Source: Octopus vulgaris (lineage: Eukaryota). Taken from it: 64,000 nucleotides of DNA. This document shows, piece after piece, positions 32,556 through 46,636 of this stretch (within the stretch, counting starts at the first letter, position 1; each line of letters starts with the position of its first letter). Location of the stretch: the NCBI GenBank assembly GCA_951406725.2, contig OX597826.1, positions 21,142,001 through 21,206,000 on the forward strand. Reading direction: 5' to 3'. The position numbers and the translations under genes are program-made. The notes below the pieces were generated by a model. It worked only from the letters and a program-made list of their open reading frames with translations, searched no databases and had not been told where the DNA came from.

Positions 32556-35500
32556 GCTTGTATGTGTGAATGTATGTATGTATACATATATATATAATGA
32601 CCATCTACATACTCCAGCCTGGCCGTAACAATTAGCCGTCAACAGTAGATTCTTCCAAGATGACGTCATATTAAACCATGGAATTTTCTCGGCATGTGTC
32701 TGTCTGTGTTGAAACTGGTGCCGCTACCTAAGACACTATTTTTTTAACAAAACAATGTTGAATTCGAAGAAGCAAAGTAGTCAGGAAATCTCTTGAAGAG
32801 ATGAAAATAGTACTGACCAAACTGACAAGAAATGTTTATCGCTGCTTCAACATGAGTGTTCCTTAGAAACCGATGATACTAACCGCTCCAGCTGGTTATC
32901 GATGCAATTTGCACCTGATATGTCTATATTGCAAACAGGGAAGCGAAACCTCACCATCTTCTAGCAATGAAAGGACCACCAGACCGTCTGGTTTCGAACT
33001 ATTTGTGCTCATAATCCAGTCTCCGTTATTTGTATCAATGATTTAGTGAATTTCTCCAACTTTTCTTAGCATAGCAGTTTATTGCCGACCGTTTGCTTTA
33101 CTTCAGTGCAATGTTTCAACTTCCTAGAATTTAATACACTTCAGTTTATTTTATTACTGTTTAAAACAATTTGATACAGTTTATTACAGTTTGTTGTAGT
33201 TTATAACTTGTAATTTTGTCCTAATAAATAAGTCGGCCTCTGTGTTTCGTATCTATGACTCATTATTTTACTTTCGAACTCAGTCCAGTTCTAAAATTCA
33301 ATCCTGTGAAACAAAAAAAATACTCTTCAACCCATCCCTAGTTTATTTCTTTTCAGTTCACCCATAAAATAAGATTTATGATTGACACTCTGGACATACT
33401 TCTTTAATCTTACTCTTTCACTTCCCTTATGTCAGTTAGTTTTTACGGAAAGACATAAGCGACATAATCCTGCCCCTGTTCATCTCAGTGAATCTCGTAA
33501 CCCATTGACGGATGCTTCCAGTCATTTGCTCCTCTCGAGATATTCACTCTTTTATATGTGCCTCCAGCAAATACCTCAACACCATCCATCACAGTGGCCG
33601 ATGATTAACAAAAAAACCAACCGATTACTCCATTGCAATTGGTGCCACGCTACGGACTGAAGACAACAGCAACGATTAGATTTGCGTAGTCACCCACCCA
33701 CCCACCTGACAATATTTGAGGGAGATTTGGCAGTTATTTCTGGTCGGTGGAGAGACCACCTGAAGGCTCAGTGCCAACAAGACTTGCCGCTCGGTACCTG
33801 ACGTTTTATTTGTTCTCTGCTGTCGTTTACATAAACTGTGTTTGTCGTGAAGAAAACATTATAAAGAAATTTGTATTCAAATTTTATTCTTTGAGAAAGA
33901 AAATAATAGAATAAGTATAAATAATGATTTCCTGATTACATTTATGAGAAATTTGATACCGTTTTTGTAACCTTACTTTACAAAAATCGTAACAATTTCA
34001 TACGTACACACTCACACACATATACACACGCGCACGCACACACACACACACACACATAAACACACACACATTTGTATGCATGTACATATGTATGATCATA
34101 GCATTGTGGCATCATAGCATTCTGTGCATTGTACATATCAGACGTGTAAGCATGCGTCGGTGATGTTTCAAATATCTGATTTTGTTCACATCTCTCGGCA
34201 AAAGAAATTAATCTCAACAATTCGCCACTTGACAGCAGTTCCAAATAAGCACAAAGCACAAATTGATGACTACTTGAAGGATCATTAAGCAAGTTCAGCC
34301 GCATCCATTGAAAGCCTATTATTCATTTAAGGCTGGGTTTGTGACAAATAGCTTTAGAGGCCCGAAAATACAGCTAATTGCATGCATGGGTGTAAGCGCA
34401 CATAAACAAGTGTGGTGACAAACATGATTAGCTCGAGTGTTAATTGGAAGTTATACGAGAAGCGACACCTACAGAGAAATTATAAAAACACCATACAAAA
34501 AATGAGTGCGTTTCATTTGTTCGTAACTTTTTCATGAACATACAAATTAATTCTGACAGCAAAACCATTTGTTTTAGTAACAGTTACATTTTACACACAC
34601 ACACACGCGCGCACGCACGGACACAAATCATGTACGCACGCGCATAAGCAACATGCGAAACTAAGCGAGAATCTAAAATGTGAAAATTGATAAACATTGC
34701 GTTTTAAAAGTCAGTGAATTCTCATTTTCGCCATTGCAACTAACAGAATACAGATACTAAAAAGACATACCCAAAATATAATTTGTTACAATTTAAAGTA
34801 GTTTTTTAGTTTATAATTCAGTCTCCGTTATTTGTATCAATGATTTAGTTCCATAATTTGATTCCTGCTTCTACCTAGTTCCAGCGCTCAGTCCCGTAAA
34901 ACAGCTCTAAATCAAGCCAGGTTCAATACCCAGGTATGGTCCTGGCAGATCGTATGTAAAATTTGGTCTTCATTTCTTGAGTTCATTAAAAACATGTGAA
35001 TTGAAGAAAAAAAGGAAGACTAAACGATGAGGGTGTGGTGGGTGGATCAAATAGGTTAGAATAAAGAGGCATGGAAGATGGTCGCCAACATGGTGTAGTT
35101 CTTTATCATGTCTAATGACTGTTGAGAATTAAGTGTGCCAGCGTATCGTTCATCATTTACCAATTCTTGCCTCTCATAACATATTACAAGTCGACCATTT
35201 GTCTTGTCACTTCTGTCACCAACTTTTACACTTCTCATCATCTAAGTCCAGATTAATTTTCTCCGTTTCCATTTCCTGAGTTTGGTTCCATCATAGAACT
35301 TTCCAATTCCTGTCTTTCCTATCATCTCTGCTGCTGCTGCTACTACTACTACTACAACAACTACGGCTGCTGCTGCTGCATCTTCTTAATAGCACAAACT
35401 TTCCAATCATTCCACATCATATATAATGCCACAGGAAAGAGGAATTATAGAATACCATTAAATATATGTTCCAGACAATAGTTTAATAGATGGCAACAAC

Positions 35501-36109
35501 TAATCTCGGCGAAGCTAATAAATTTGCGACTCCTACAGAAAAATATGTTACATTATTGAAATTATGAAGTGGAAAATGGCTAATAAGAAAAATGAGAATA
35601 ACTGTCAGTAGTTTTGGCAAGAAGAGACAAAAACTGTGATTAAAAAGATAATTTATATTCAAATAAATTTTAAATGTCTTTTTATAGGTATGAAAATCGT
35701 GCTAATGTCTAGCTACAATCGCATTTGTTTAGATCAACTCAATAATAATGTGGTGTAAACAAAATCTATCGCAGAAATTCGAACCTTCTCAAAGTTTTTC
35801 CCGTTTGATTGCTTTCAGTTTTTTTACAAACTACTCGGGAATTTCGCTAAGGAACAGCATTAGGTATAAGTACGGAACATATTACATGAAGAACATTATT
35901 ATGTATAAAGGCGGAAGAGAACAAACATTATGCATTAACATGAAGCCAACATTATTTATAAACAAGTAGGATATCAACATGGCGGATATTACATTTTCTA
36001 CAAATTTTGAAAATATTTTGGGACAAAATTATGAAACGCTTTATTTTAGAATAAATTTGAGGGCAAAAAGCCTCGAACAATTTTCTCTGCGGATTTTGCT
36101 TAGAGTTGC

Positions 36110-36290
36110 TGATTTCAGCCATTAGATTACTACGGCCATACTGGAGCACCATCTTAGGGATTTTTAAATCAAACGAATAGACCGCGGTATTTTTTTTTAA
36201 CTTGGGATCTATTTTATCAACGTCTTTTTATCGAAATGCTAAGTTATGGGACTTTTTAAGGAGCTTAACACATATACAATACCAGCGGAA
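36110..36290 (-). mobile_element. SINE family A, decayed 3' half
   Basis: TTTCAGCCATT..GGCCATACTGGAGCACC..GCTAAGTTATGGG resembles the reverse family A tail. Confidence 0.55.
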
Positions 36291-36699
36291 ACAAAAACAT
36301 ACCTGCACGTACACATGTGCACATACATACACAAATACACATCTATCGGGGGTTCTCCGTCGTTCTACAACAATGATTCATTTACTCTATCAACTGAAAT
36401 AGCTGAAAATAGCTGTTCATTGAATTTACATGCATATGGCTGAATATTCCACAGACACGAGTACTGTCAATATAATCCTCAGCTAGAATTAGCATGATGC
36501 AGTGTGTATACACAAGGGCGAACCTTTTAAACGACGGGTAAATTTCACCCGATGGGCTTCAGTATAGTTTCCGTCTGCTCAGTTTCTCTCACAAAGAATG
36601 GATCAAGCTGAGGTTACAGAGAGTGACGCTTAGCCCAGACGCTTAGCCATATTACTCATACGCACACATACACACTGTGTGTGTGTTCTTTTAAGTATT

Positions 36700-37590
36700 T
36701 TACTGATTACAGCCAGAGTCTGGGGCCATGCTGGAGCATCGCCTTTCAATGTTTTGGGGTTTCCTTTTGGTATTGTTTTGGTGAAGAAGCAAGAGTTGGA
36801 CGAAGCTGCTCCTCTTTGTGCCTCTTGCCGCGATGTGGCCTCATCTGGGAATTCAGAGAGAAATTGGTCCAGCTGCTTTCCGAACGTTTCCACATCTACA
36901 CCTTGCAGATCTCTTAAGTTCCTTGGCAGGATGTTAAAGAGTCGTGATCCCCTGAAACCCAAGCTGTTGCAATATTGAGTCCTTCTCCGAGATGAACAAG
37001 ACAGTATCTTTGGTATTATGCAGTGTCGTCCAGTTCGGTGATTTTTAATTCCAAAGTTGGGAGCTAGATCTTTCAGGATCTTCCATATGTATACCACTGC
37101 ACACCTTTCTCGCCTTCTCTCCTGAGAGGAGAGCTTCAGTTCTTGTAACTTCTCCCAGCAGCTCAACTGTTTCAACAAGTGAATTATCATTGTGTAGCGG
37201 TACTGGAGTACCTCAAGTTCCGCCATTAATTTGACGCTCTGCGTCGATCATAATTGAGAGCAGTAATCCAGGCGACTGAGGACAAATGCTCAGTGTTACG
37301 ATCCTGGCATTATGTACATGGAATGTTCCATCACTGCTCACGTGGATTCCCAGGTCACGCACTGATTCTAAGTCTGGAGTTGCACTGCCCCCTGGTCCTA
37401 TGTATTCCGACTGTAGTCTGTTTGTGGGCCGACAACAGAATGCTTGAAACTTATCAGCACTGAACTGCATCTTATTTTCATCAGCCCATTTTTATATTGC
37501 ACGCAGGTCATTTTGCAGTTTTACTGACATCAAGGTCCTTGACCGCCTGAGACACTTTTCTATCACCAGCGTAGCTGCTGGTCAGAGTGC
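36700..37590 (-). mobile_element. CR1-like LINE RT C-terminal fragment
   Basis: YAGDRKV (YADDTK-like), WADENKMQFSADKFQ, VRDLGIHVSSD, WEKLQELKLSSQERRRER..IWKIL and RLFNILPRNLRDL. Confidence 0.8.
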
Positions 37591-37624
37591 TTGACAAGAG
37601 GCAAAAATTATTTCTTCTCGTGTG

Positions 37625-37661
<37 letters not shown>

Positions 37662-37665
37662 ATAT

Positions 37666-37953
37666 AAAGGAAATGAAAAAAAATGCTGACAAAATAATTT
37701 AAGTAAGGGAGAGTGTATTTAATTAGGTGAAAGTTCTTTTTACCGGTTGCGCATTTGTTATGCTTATCAAAAGATATTTTTTTAAGAGAGATAGAGTTCC
37801 TTTCTGATAGATTTTTTCGGAACTCTATCTCTCTTTAAAAAAATATCTTTTGATAAGCATAACAAATGCGCAACCGGTAAAAAGAACTTTCACCTAATTA
37901 AATACACTCTCCCTTACTTAAATTATTTTGTCAGCATTTTCTTCATTTCCTTT
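37666..37953. repeat. Long near-perfect inverted repeat (~135 bp arms, 18 bp spacer)
   Basis: 37666-37800 is the reverse complement of 37819-37953 with only about 3 differences. Confidence 0.95.
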
Positions 37954-37991
37954 TTTCATATATCACAACTCGTGTTCCACATCTCCTTTTT

Positions 37992-38038
<47 letters not shown>

Positions 38039-38040
<2 letters not shown>

Positions 38041-38375
38041 TGAAGGCGCATGGCTCAGTGGTTAGAACGTCGAGCTTACGATCGTGAGGTTGTGAGCTCG
38101 AATCCCGGACGGGGCTGCGTGTTGTGTTCTTGAGCAAGACTTTATTTCACGTTGCTCCAGTTCACTCAACTGTAGAAATGAGCTGCGACGTCACAGGTGC
38201 CAAGCTGTATCGGCTGCTGCCTCTCCCTTGGATAACACTGGTGGCGTGGAGAGGGGAGGCCGGTATGCATGGGCGACTGCTGGTCTTCCATAAACCACCT
38301 TGCCCAGACTTGTGACTAGGAGGGTAACTTTCTAGGTGCAATCCCATGGTCAGTGTCGTGTCCGAAGGGGGTCCC
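38039..38375 (+). mobile_element. tRNA-derived SINE (family C)
   Basis: Box A TGGCTCAGTGG and box B-like GCTCGAATCCC, followed by a TTGTGTTCTTGAGCAAGAC..TCACTCAACTGTAGAAATGAG body. Inserted in (TA)n. Confidence 0.8.
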
Positions 38376-39539
38376 GATATATATATGATAAAAATATCGC
38401 TGCTGATTTAATCGTTTACACGGTTTTTCTTACTATTATGTCGCCTAGGGGTGAAGAGTCACAAGCCTCAACACTTTGGTTGGCGAATTCACGAAAGTTA
38501 AATGTCTAAATGTAAAGTATAGGAAAAGGAGATTCCTACAGAATAACGATTCCAGTTATAGGTACAGGATGGGAAAATTATAAGGGGAAGGGGAAGACGA
38601 TTCTTAGTTTGTGGCTGGTTTTTGATTTATTGATACTGCAAAGATAAAAAGGAAAACCAGTGCTGGTGAGATGTGAACTCGAAATGAATCACTTACTAAC
38701 TGCTGTCTACCGTATTTGCCACGCTAATGACCGTTAATTGAAAAGAAATATTGAAAAATTAAAGTCAAATTGAAGTTACAATTATTTTGTTGTAAAATCT
38801 ATTGTAGTGAACTCTTTAAAATGACCAACCGGAATTTATTACCAGAAGTAATAACGTAACCCTGTTGGTCAACAGTTTATTACCGGAAGTAATAATCTGT
38901 CCCGGTTACATCTGATTTTATAATATAAAAAAAAGACCAACAATCTTGTTTATCACCGGAAGTAATCAATAATCTAATTGTGGCGGTTAATTAACAGCAG
39001 CGCAACGCATCCATTATGTATTGTCTAAATAAACGATGGTCCGTCGTCGCCGTCGTCGTCATCTTGTTGTTGTTGTTGTTGTCCAACTTAAGGTGGACTT
39101 TCTGAATAATTTTAAATTATCAAATGTCTCCAGTGACGAGATATGTCAAGTGTAATGATATAAATGGAGCTGAAAGTAGACTATGACACTTGGTTACCCT
39201 TGTAGCACGATATAATTACTTGAAGTTCAGAAAATCATTTTCTCCACTCAGAGAAATATTTCTTTAACAAATGTATTTTTATACCTTAATTTTTTTTCTT
39301 TATGTTAGATATTTTTGTTTGTTTTGTTTGTTTTTTTGTCATCCCATTTTGTCTTTCTTCGTTGGTCGTCTCTTCCTTACTCCGATTGTTTATATATCTC
39401 GTTAGACTAAAACTAACGACCTTAAAGGTCGAGTGTACCTTGTCTCTAAGCTAAACATGTAACCCTAACACCTGGCTACACACTATGACATCATCTGGCA
39501 TCGCAGGTCCATTGCACCGAGACACAGCTAGACACTTAC

Positions 39540-39621
39540 GGCAAGCTGCTTCGTCGTCTCCGTGTAATTGTAGGGTTTGAAGGCGTGTCACTTGCGAGCT
39601 GAGCACGCCATTGCTGCTAAG
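39540..39621 (-). other. Candidate 82-nt internal exon of an unidentified host gene
   Basis: Minus strand acceptor GTTGATTTGATTTTTCTAG| and donor |GTAAGT. GC-richer than its surroundings, with one open frame LSSNGVLSSQVTRLQTLQLHGDDEAAC. Confidence 0.4.
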
Positions 39622-40171
39622 CTAGAAAAATCAAATCAACAACAGGCCTGGATTTCTTTTCATCTTGTTTCTCACTCCAACTAAATGACAGGGTTTAAGG
39701 AAAAACATTTTCTTTCACAATTTCTTGATGTGGAATTGGCCTTGTTTGTTGTTGGCCGATTACGGCCAGGAAGCATGCGTGATTCGACTCCATTAGTTTC
39801 TAAGTAACCTTGCTCTTTCACCGCACTCCACTGACCTCACCATTACAACAAACATACCAACACACAAACATACCAACACGAACACAGACCAAACACAAGT
39901 ACATACCACACACAAAACACCAATACTGCGAAACAATAAACACGAAAATATAAACGAATTGAAATTTAGTTAAAAACAAAAGTGTAAAAATCAATAAAAA
40001 TTCAATTGATTTCGTTCACTTTTTCTCATCTTGGAACCATTCTTTGCTATCCTCAAACATTTTTTGTGTTACATATTGTATTGTTGTTGTTGTTATCATC
40101 ACCACCATCATCATCATCATCATCATCATCGTCATCGTCATCATCATCATCATTATTATTTCGTTTTTTTT

Positions 40172-40660
<489 letters not shown>

Positions 40661-40669
40661 CTGCCCTCT

Positions 40670-42120
40670 TATTATTTTGGTTTGGCCCAGGTTCGGTCTT
40701 ATTCCTGGTAGGATTTATGTGAGTAGCGGTTTACTACCCGTAACCTTAGATATCCACAAGTTTTCAGCAGTCTTTCAAGTGCTTAGGACCCTCCTGATAA
40801 TCTTTGCTGTCGCTAAGAGACAGACTTTCCGTAGGAACTCTACCGGGCATTGTATTCCAATCTCCTTCAGCCCTTTGTCTATAACTTTACTTACTGTTCC
40901 CTGCGCACCAATTATTATAGATACGACCTTTACAGTTCGCATGCTCCAAATTCTTCCTATTTCAAAATTTAAGGGATTGTATTTTCTTTATTTTTCGTCC
41001 TCTTTCTTTACAATCCTGGAATCAAGCGGGCATGATGGGTCGATAAGTAAGTAGCTTCGCTTTACCTTAATTATAATTGTTATGTCCGGTTTATTATTTT
41101 CTAACTTCTTGTCCGCTTGAATAGGAAAAGTCCCACAAAATCTTACATTTCTCCGACTCTTGTACTCTTTCGACTCCATGATTGTACCATGTGTTTCTAG
41201 CTTCAAATTCCCATTTCTGGCACAGTTTCCAGTGTATAACTTTTACAACCTATTCACTTGGAGCCTTCTTCCACAATGTGTGCCGCTGTCTCGTTCCAAG
41301 TTCCACAGACTCTACATTTCTCTGACACATTCCTCCATATATTTTTTTCTCTCAAGTTGTTTGTTTTTTATCGCTTGATCTTGGGCCGCTACAATTAGAC
41401 TTTGTTTCTTTTGTTAATTTCTCCTTTTTTAACCAAACCTATGATTTTGTTCCACATACATCTTCAGCGATTCTCCAAAATTGGCCATGCAGAGGTTTCT
41501 CTTCGATCTGCCTCACCTGCTCACTTTTCATTCTTGTTTTTTTCTCCTATTACGTGCTTCTTCACCTGTTTACGAGAGTTTTTCTTTCCATCTGTACATA
41601 TTCTTCTACTGCTGTTAAGCCTCAGCCAGTTGACATCAGTTTGCGGATGGCAGGCTCCATACATCGTCAACAACTTCCTAGTTTTTTTCTGTCAAGTTTA
41701 TTTATATCTAGTCCATAAATTCAATTCCACATCTGATTAAAGCTACTGCTCTTGCATTTATTGCTTCAATAAGACTTTTTTGAATTCAGCTTTGACTGCA
41801 ATAATTTTCTGACATTCCATGTGTATTCCCTATTGGTAAATTGTTTCATTTCTTCATTTTCATATCGTCTGCTTTCAATATTCCCAAGTACTTATACCAC
41901 TGTTCTTTCTCAACTGCTCTTATTGTTTGCTCACTTCACATTTCAATTCCCCGGCTTCTTTCAAATCGTCCTCGTTTCCTTTTCCATAAGCGCACTTTTC
42001 TATCCAAAATTCCATACCTACGTCATTTGAGAAAATGCGGAAACTATGTACAAGACTGTTTCTCATTTTTCTTTATATCATCCATGTGTCTTGTTATGTG
42101 TCCCTTGTTTGCATAGAAAA
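40670..42120 (-). mobile_element. Decayed RLE-type non-LTR retrotransposon fragment (R4/Dong-like)
   Basis: NNKPDITII..LLIDPSCPLDSRIVKKEDEK and LRKVCLLATAKIIRRVLST. Upstream RT remnants include LIEAINARAVALI. The 5' boundary is approximate. Confidence 0.75.
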
Positions 42121-42275
42121 AGTCCTAAAACAGCCTCATTTCGTTGTTTTTTAGGATTTAGTTTCAATTCACACAAAATGGTTAAAGCTCATGTCTGCAG
42201 TGGCAAAACAAATCTCTTGAAGTCTTTCCAGGGAATTACTGCTGTAACCCGATCATCTCTGCACTTGGGGATTTA

Positions 42276-43169
42276 CGAGGTGCATTCCAGAAGTTTTGAA
42301 ACCATTTCAGGAGAGGCAGCAGTTCTAACTTGCCTGGATTCTTGGAATTTTAGTATGTCATTACTTCATATCAAATCTAATAAGCTGACTTTTGTCGTTC
42401 CAGATTGAAGGAAACTCTGCTGTAACAGCACTTTGAACACATCCTATTAAATACTGCTCGTCACAGTTGACTAGTTTGCAGAATGCAATCGGAACGAGAA
42501 GACAATTTGGAAGCTGACCATGCGATAAAATTTCGTGTTGAACTGGGTGAAAAACGCTCCAGGAACTTATGGAAGTCTTCAGGCTGTTTTGGGATTAACT
42601 TGTATGAACTGAACATCTGTTTTTTCGCTGGCACAAGGGGCCAGACATAGCAAGTCCACCGGGAAACTCATAATGATCCTCCGTTTTCAACAGCGAGGGC
42701 ATCATCTATATCTACTAGGTTCTCTCTGGCTCAGCAATTAACAAAAAGTACTTTGTGGCAGGAAGAGGGAGTTCAGGAAGAGATTTCATGGCAAAAGGCC
42801 ACGGCTCTTCCCCTCCACTCAGTGGCACCTGCAGCAGGTCAATGCATCAGTCCACAGTTCCATCCTAGTAACCAATCCACTTGACAGAAATGGGCATCAA
42901 AACTGCCCCTCGCCCTCCCCCCTACAGTCCAGACCTTGCTCCCTGTGATTTTTGGCTGTTCCACAAACTCAAGACAAAGTTAAAGGCGGCTACTACAAGG
43001 GTCTTGGACACCACTTTGGAGGACTTGCATGGGGCTATCACGAAGTAGCTGGGGCACTACAATAAATGCATTGAAGTCAGATCTTTGAAAGAGATCAGGG
43101 TTTTGTACTTCTTTGAAGTTAATAGATATCTCTCTTGAAAAAGTTTCAGAACTTCTGGAATGCCTCTTG
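42276..43169 (+). mobile_element. Internally deleted, degenerate mariner element with both TIRs
   Basis: Left end TA|CGAGGTGCATTCCAGAAGTTTTGAAAC and right end GTTTCAGAACTTCTGGAATGCCTCTTG|CA form imperfect 27 bp TIRs. Transposase remnants are AIKFRVELG, WHLQQVNA and PYSPDLAPCDFWLFHKLK. Confidence 0.88.
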
Positions 43170-43402
43170 CATTCTGAGCTGTGGACATGCGAACACAATC
43201 TATGTTACATGCAGTCTCTCCTGCTACTCTGCCATCCTCTTCATTCATTTTTGTCTCTTCAGGACCTTTTCTTGCGCCACCAAATTCCTTCCCTTGGTCT
43301 CTTTCTTCAGTTACATCTTTCCATAGCCACAGTCACATGTAATTCTCATCCTCTAACACTGAATAAAGCTTCTTTCCTTGAAGGCTTGATCTCCTCTTTT
43401 CA

Positions 43403-43412
43403 ACATAATATA

Positions 43413-43467
<55 letters not shown>

Positions 43468-43552
43468 CAACAACAACAACGACGACGACGACGACGACGA
43501 TGATGATGATGATGATGATGATGTGGTAGAAGAAGAAGAAGAAGAAGAAGAA

Positions 43553-43599
<47 letters not shown>

Positions 43600-43726
43600 A
43601 GAAGAAGAAGAAGAAGAAGAAGAAGAAGAAGAAGAAGAAGAAGAAGAAGAAGAAGAAGAAGAAGAAGAAGAAGAAGAAGAAGAAGAAGAAGAAGAAGAAG
43701 AAGAAGAAGAAGAAGAAGAAGAAGAA
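43403..43726. repeat. Compound trinucleotide array (AAT)(AAC)(GAC)(GAT)(GAA)
   Basis: Directly visible. Confidence 0.95.
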
Positions 43727-44459
43727 TTAATATTGATTTATTTAGTTATTTGCCACATGAAAGGTGGATGAGCGGGCATTAGAAAAACAAATTTCAAAAA
43801 AATAAATTTTTGTTCCTTTGTTGATAACGAGAGTTCAGTCAAGAAAACTGATATAATTAATAAACAAAAATAAGTTTAAAAACTAAATATAAATAAACAT
43901 GATAAAAATAAATAAGTTTAAAACATAATATATAAAAAGTGAAGTTTTAAAAAGAATAAAAATGGGATAATTAAAGTAAGAAAATGTCCATCTGGTGACG
44001 CTAATTAGACGTGAGTAAGCAACAACTTAAAACAGCAGGAGGAATTGTAAGGATAACAGAATTTGTGGACTTTGGAGACAAATGAATAGAGGCCATTGTC
44101 TTTAGTCTTTAGTCAATTGTTCATTCACAATGACTTACTGATCAACTCAGATGATGACAGCACAAACCGACTTGACAATAGTTTAGTGTTCATTATTAGC
44201 CGAGGGGGTTTAATTAACGAAGAGGAACGGAATCGTTTTCATTACGGGGGTTCATCTAGCTATAGAAATATTGTTAGAACCAGAGAGTGCCATGACTAAA
44301 GCTGTTATGCTAAATATAGCCTTCGGGAGACGCCAGTGATAAATTGTATTAATAAGTAGCCAATATAATTACATACGGAGAATGCAATGCTTCACTGAGG
44401 AGGTTTGATAATACCGGAACAAGGCCAAAGTTGTCACCCTTACTTGCCAAGATCAGATT

Positions 44460-44680
44460 GATAAATATTGATTTCAAATTTTGGCACAAGGTCAGCAATT
44501 TCGGTGGACGGGGAAAATCGATTGCATCGACCCCAGTGCACAACTGGTACTTAATTTATCGACCCTGAAAGGATGAAAGCAAAGTCGACATCGGCTGAAT
44601 TTGAACTCAGAACGTAAAGACAGATGTTAAAGAATGCCGTTGTCTGGCGCGGTAAAGATTCTACTAGGTCTCTGCCTTAA
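44460..44680 (-). mobile_element. SINE family B
   Basis: ACTGGTACTTAATTTATCGACCC..AAAGTCGAC..GAATTTGAACTCAG is the reverse complement of the 7687 copy. Fainter copies occur near 15420, 16990, 57960 and 61710. Confidence 0.75.
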
Positions 44681-45495
44681 GAATAATAAATATTAATAAT
44701 TAATTTAATTGTTTCTTCTGTTCCCCAAAGAAGTTAATAAATCAATTAAATATTTTCTCGTGATACATTAATTATGTTTTGTTGTGACTAGAATTTGTAA
44801 ATCTATACCAAGAGTAAATCCTAAATGCTAAGAAGGTAAAGAATAAACAACAAACAAATACAGACTCGATACAATAAAGCAGTGAGAGAAAAAAGACATC
44901 GACGATTCGGATAGGTGCTCTTTGTCAAGTTAGATGGAAAGCAAAGAGAAGGACTCTTATATTTCAAAAAAAAGGGGGAAGAAGAAAGAAAAAGAAAGTA
45001 CAGTTATTAAAGATGAGTGATACTGTATAACGGAAATGAGCAGAGTTGGTGTTTTCTGACAGAGAGGAGCGGACAGGGTCTGAAGTAAATAGACGTGGAA
45101 CGGCGTATAGTGAAATATGTATGAATGTATAGTAGAATATAGCATCGAAGCAAAACACTGTTAATGCATCAGTAATCAAATTAGTGACCACCAGGATCAC
45201 TAATTTGTTCTAGATTGGTTTATGTAATTTACTCATGGACCCTTTAGAAATTGAGGAATATATTAGCATGGTCGTGAATAGTTCATAAGGGAAGCCAGTC
45301 GCCGATGAAATCCCAAAACGGAGAAGACTGAAACTTGTTTGGATGTTTCCTGTTTTACTGCAAACATGTAAAGAGGAAGGCTTTGCATAAAACACATTCT
45401 GAAGCATTGGAAACCAATATCCTTGTCATATTCTCTGTATCTGTCACAAATTTACTTCTTTGCGAGGCTATTAAAATTGTGTGTGTATACACACA

Positions 45496-45531
<36 letters not shown>

Positions 45532-45547
45532 CACACATAAACACGCG

Positions 45548-45588
<41 letters not shown>

Positions 45589-46636
45589 CCATATATCTCT
45601 TATCTCTTATGATATCTCATGATAAAAGGCAGATTTTCTCTGCCTCCCAAATCGTTCGTTTTTTATACAATCGTACAATATAGAATTTCTTCAATTGAAA
45701 TTTACCAATGATTTTTCGAAGTAGATTCCATTGGGTCATGGCATGTAAAGTTTTTTCAATTTCACCCCCAATTAAGCAAAAATTCGAGAAAACTCAATAT
45801 TTTACGATTTCCCTCTCTCATTTCAAGTGCTTCACTCCTTCCATTACCACCACACTTTCTCCTACTTTCTCTTTGCAAGTATGCAACAATTAAAGTGAAA
45901 GTATTTATATAACAGGGATGAGCCATTAATACTGGTCATCCTTTTTGCTAGAGGAAAATCCGCTATGGTCTTATATGCTATATCACTGGTTTTCAATTCA
46001 TATTAATCAAATTAATATTCAATTTTTCACCCTTATGTGTGTATTAGCAATTCGTATAAAATTGCATCAATGACTTGAACTTGAATAAGTGGTTTCACAT
46101 AAATGGGGATAAATTAAAAGGTTTGTTGTTATTATTATTACTGTTTGACTATTGTAATCACGTTTGTTGGTTCCTCGTCAGGGAAACGTTGTTGTGTGGC
46201 ATTTGTTAAATAATTGTAAACCGTAACCCTCCCCCTTTCGGAGAAGGGGCTTTGGTTATTGTTTAAAAATTTAATTGTGTCCCTGTTTGGGGAAATTGAC
46301 AATATTTTCACCGTCTTTACGGAAGCGTTTTTGTTAAAATGCCTTCGATAGAAGAAAGTCCAAAAATGAATTTCGCTGCAGCCATACACTTCTATACAAG
46401 AAGGACAAGATCCAATTGATCGAAATTGCAAGAGACGGGCCTGCAATTCCAGTCTGTTATATATTTTGAGTATTGTTATCACTAGCGATATCAAGTTATA
46501 ACTTTGTATTTTGTATTTTATGTGTAGATGTATATATATAGATGTACATGTAATATGTACATATATATATATACACAAATATACATGCATAATATATCTA
46601 CCCATACACACATACGCACATACACACACATACATA

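Noticed and set aside
38045-38120. tRNA gene
   Set aside because: It has A/B boxes but no acceptor stem and continues into a SINE body.
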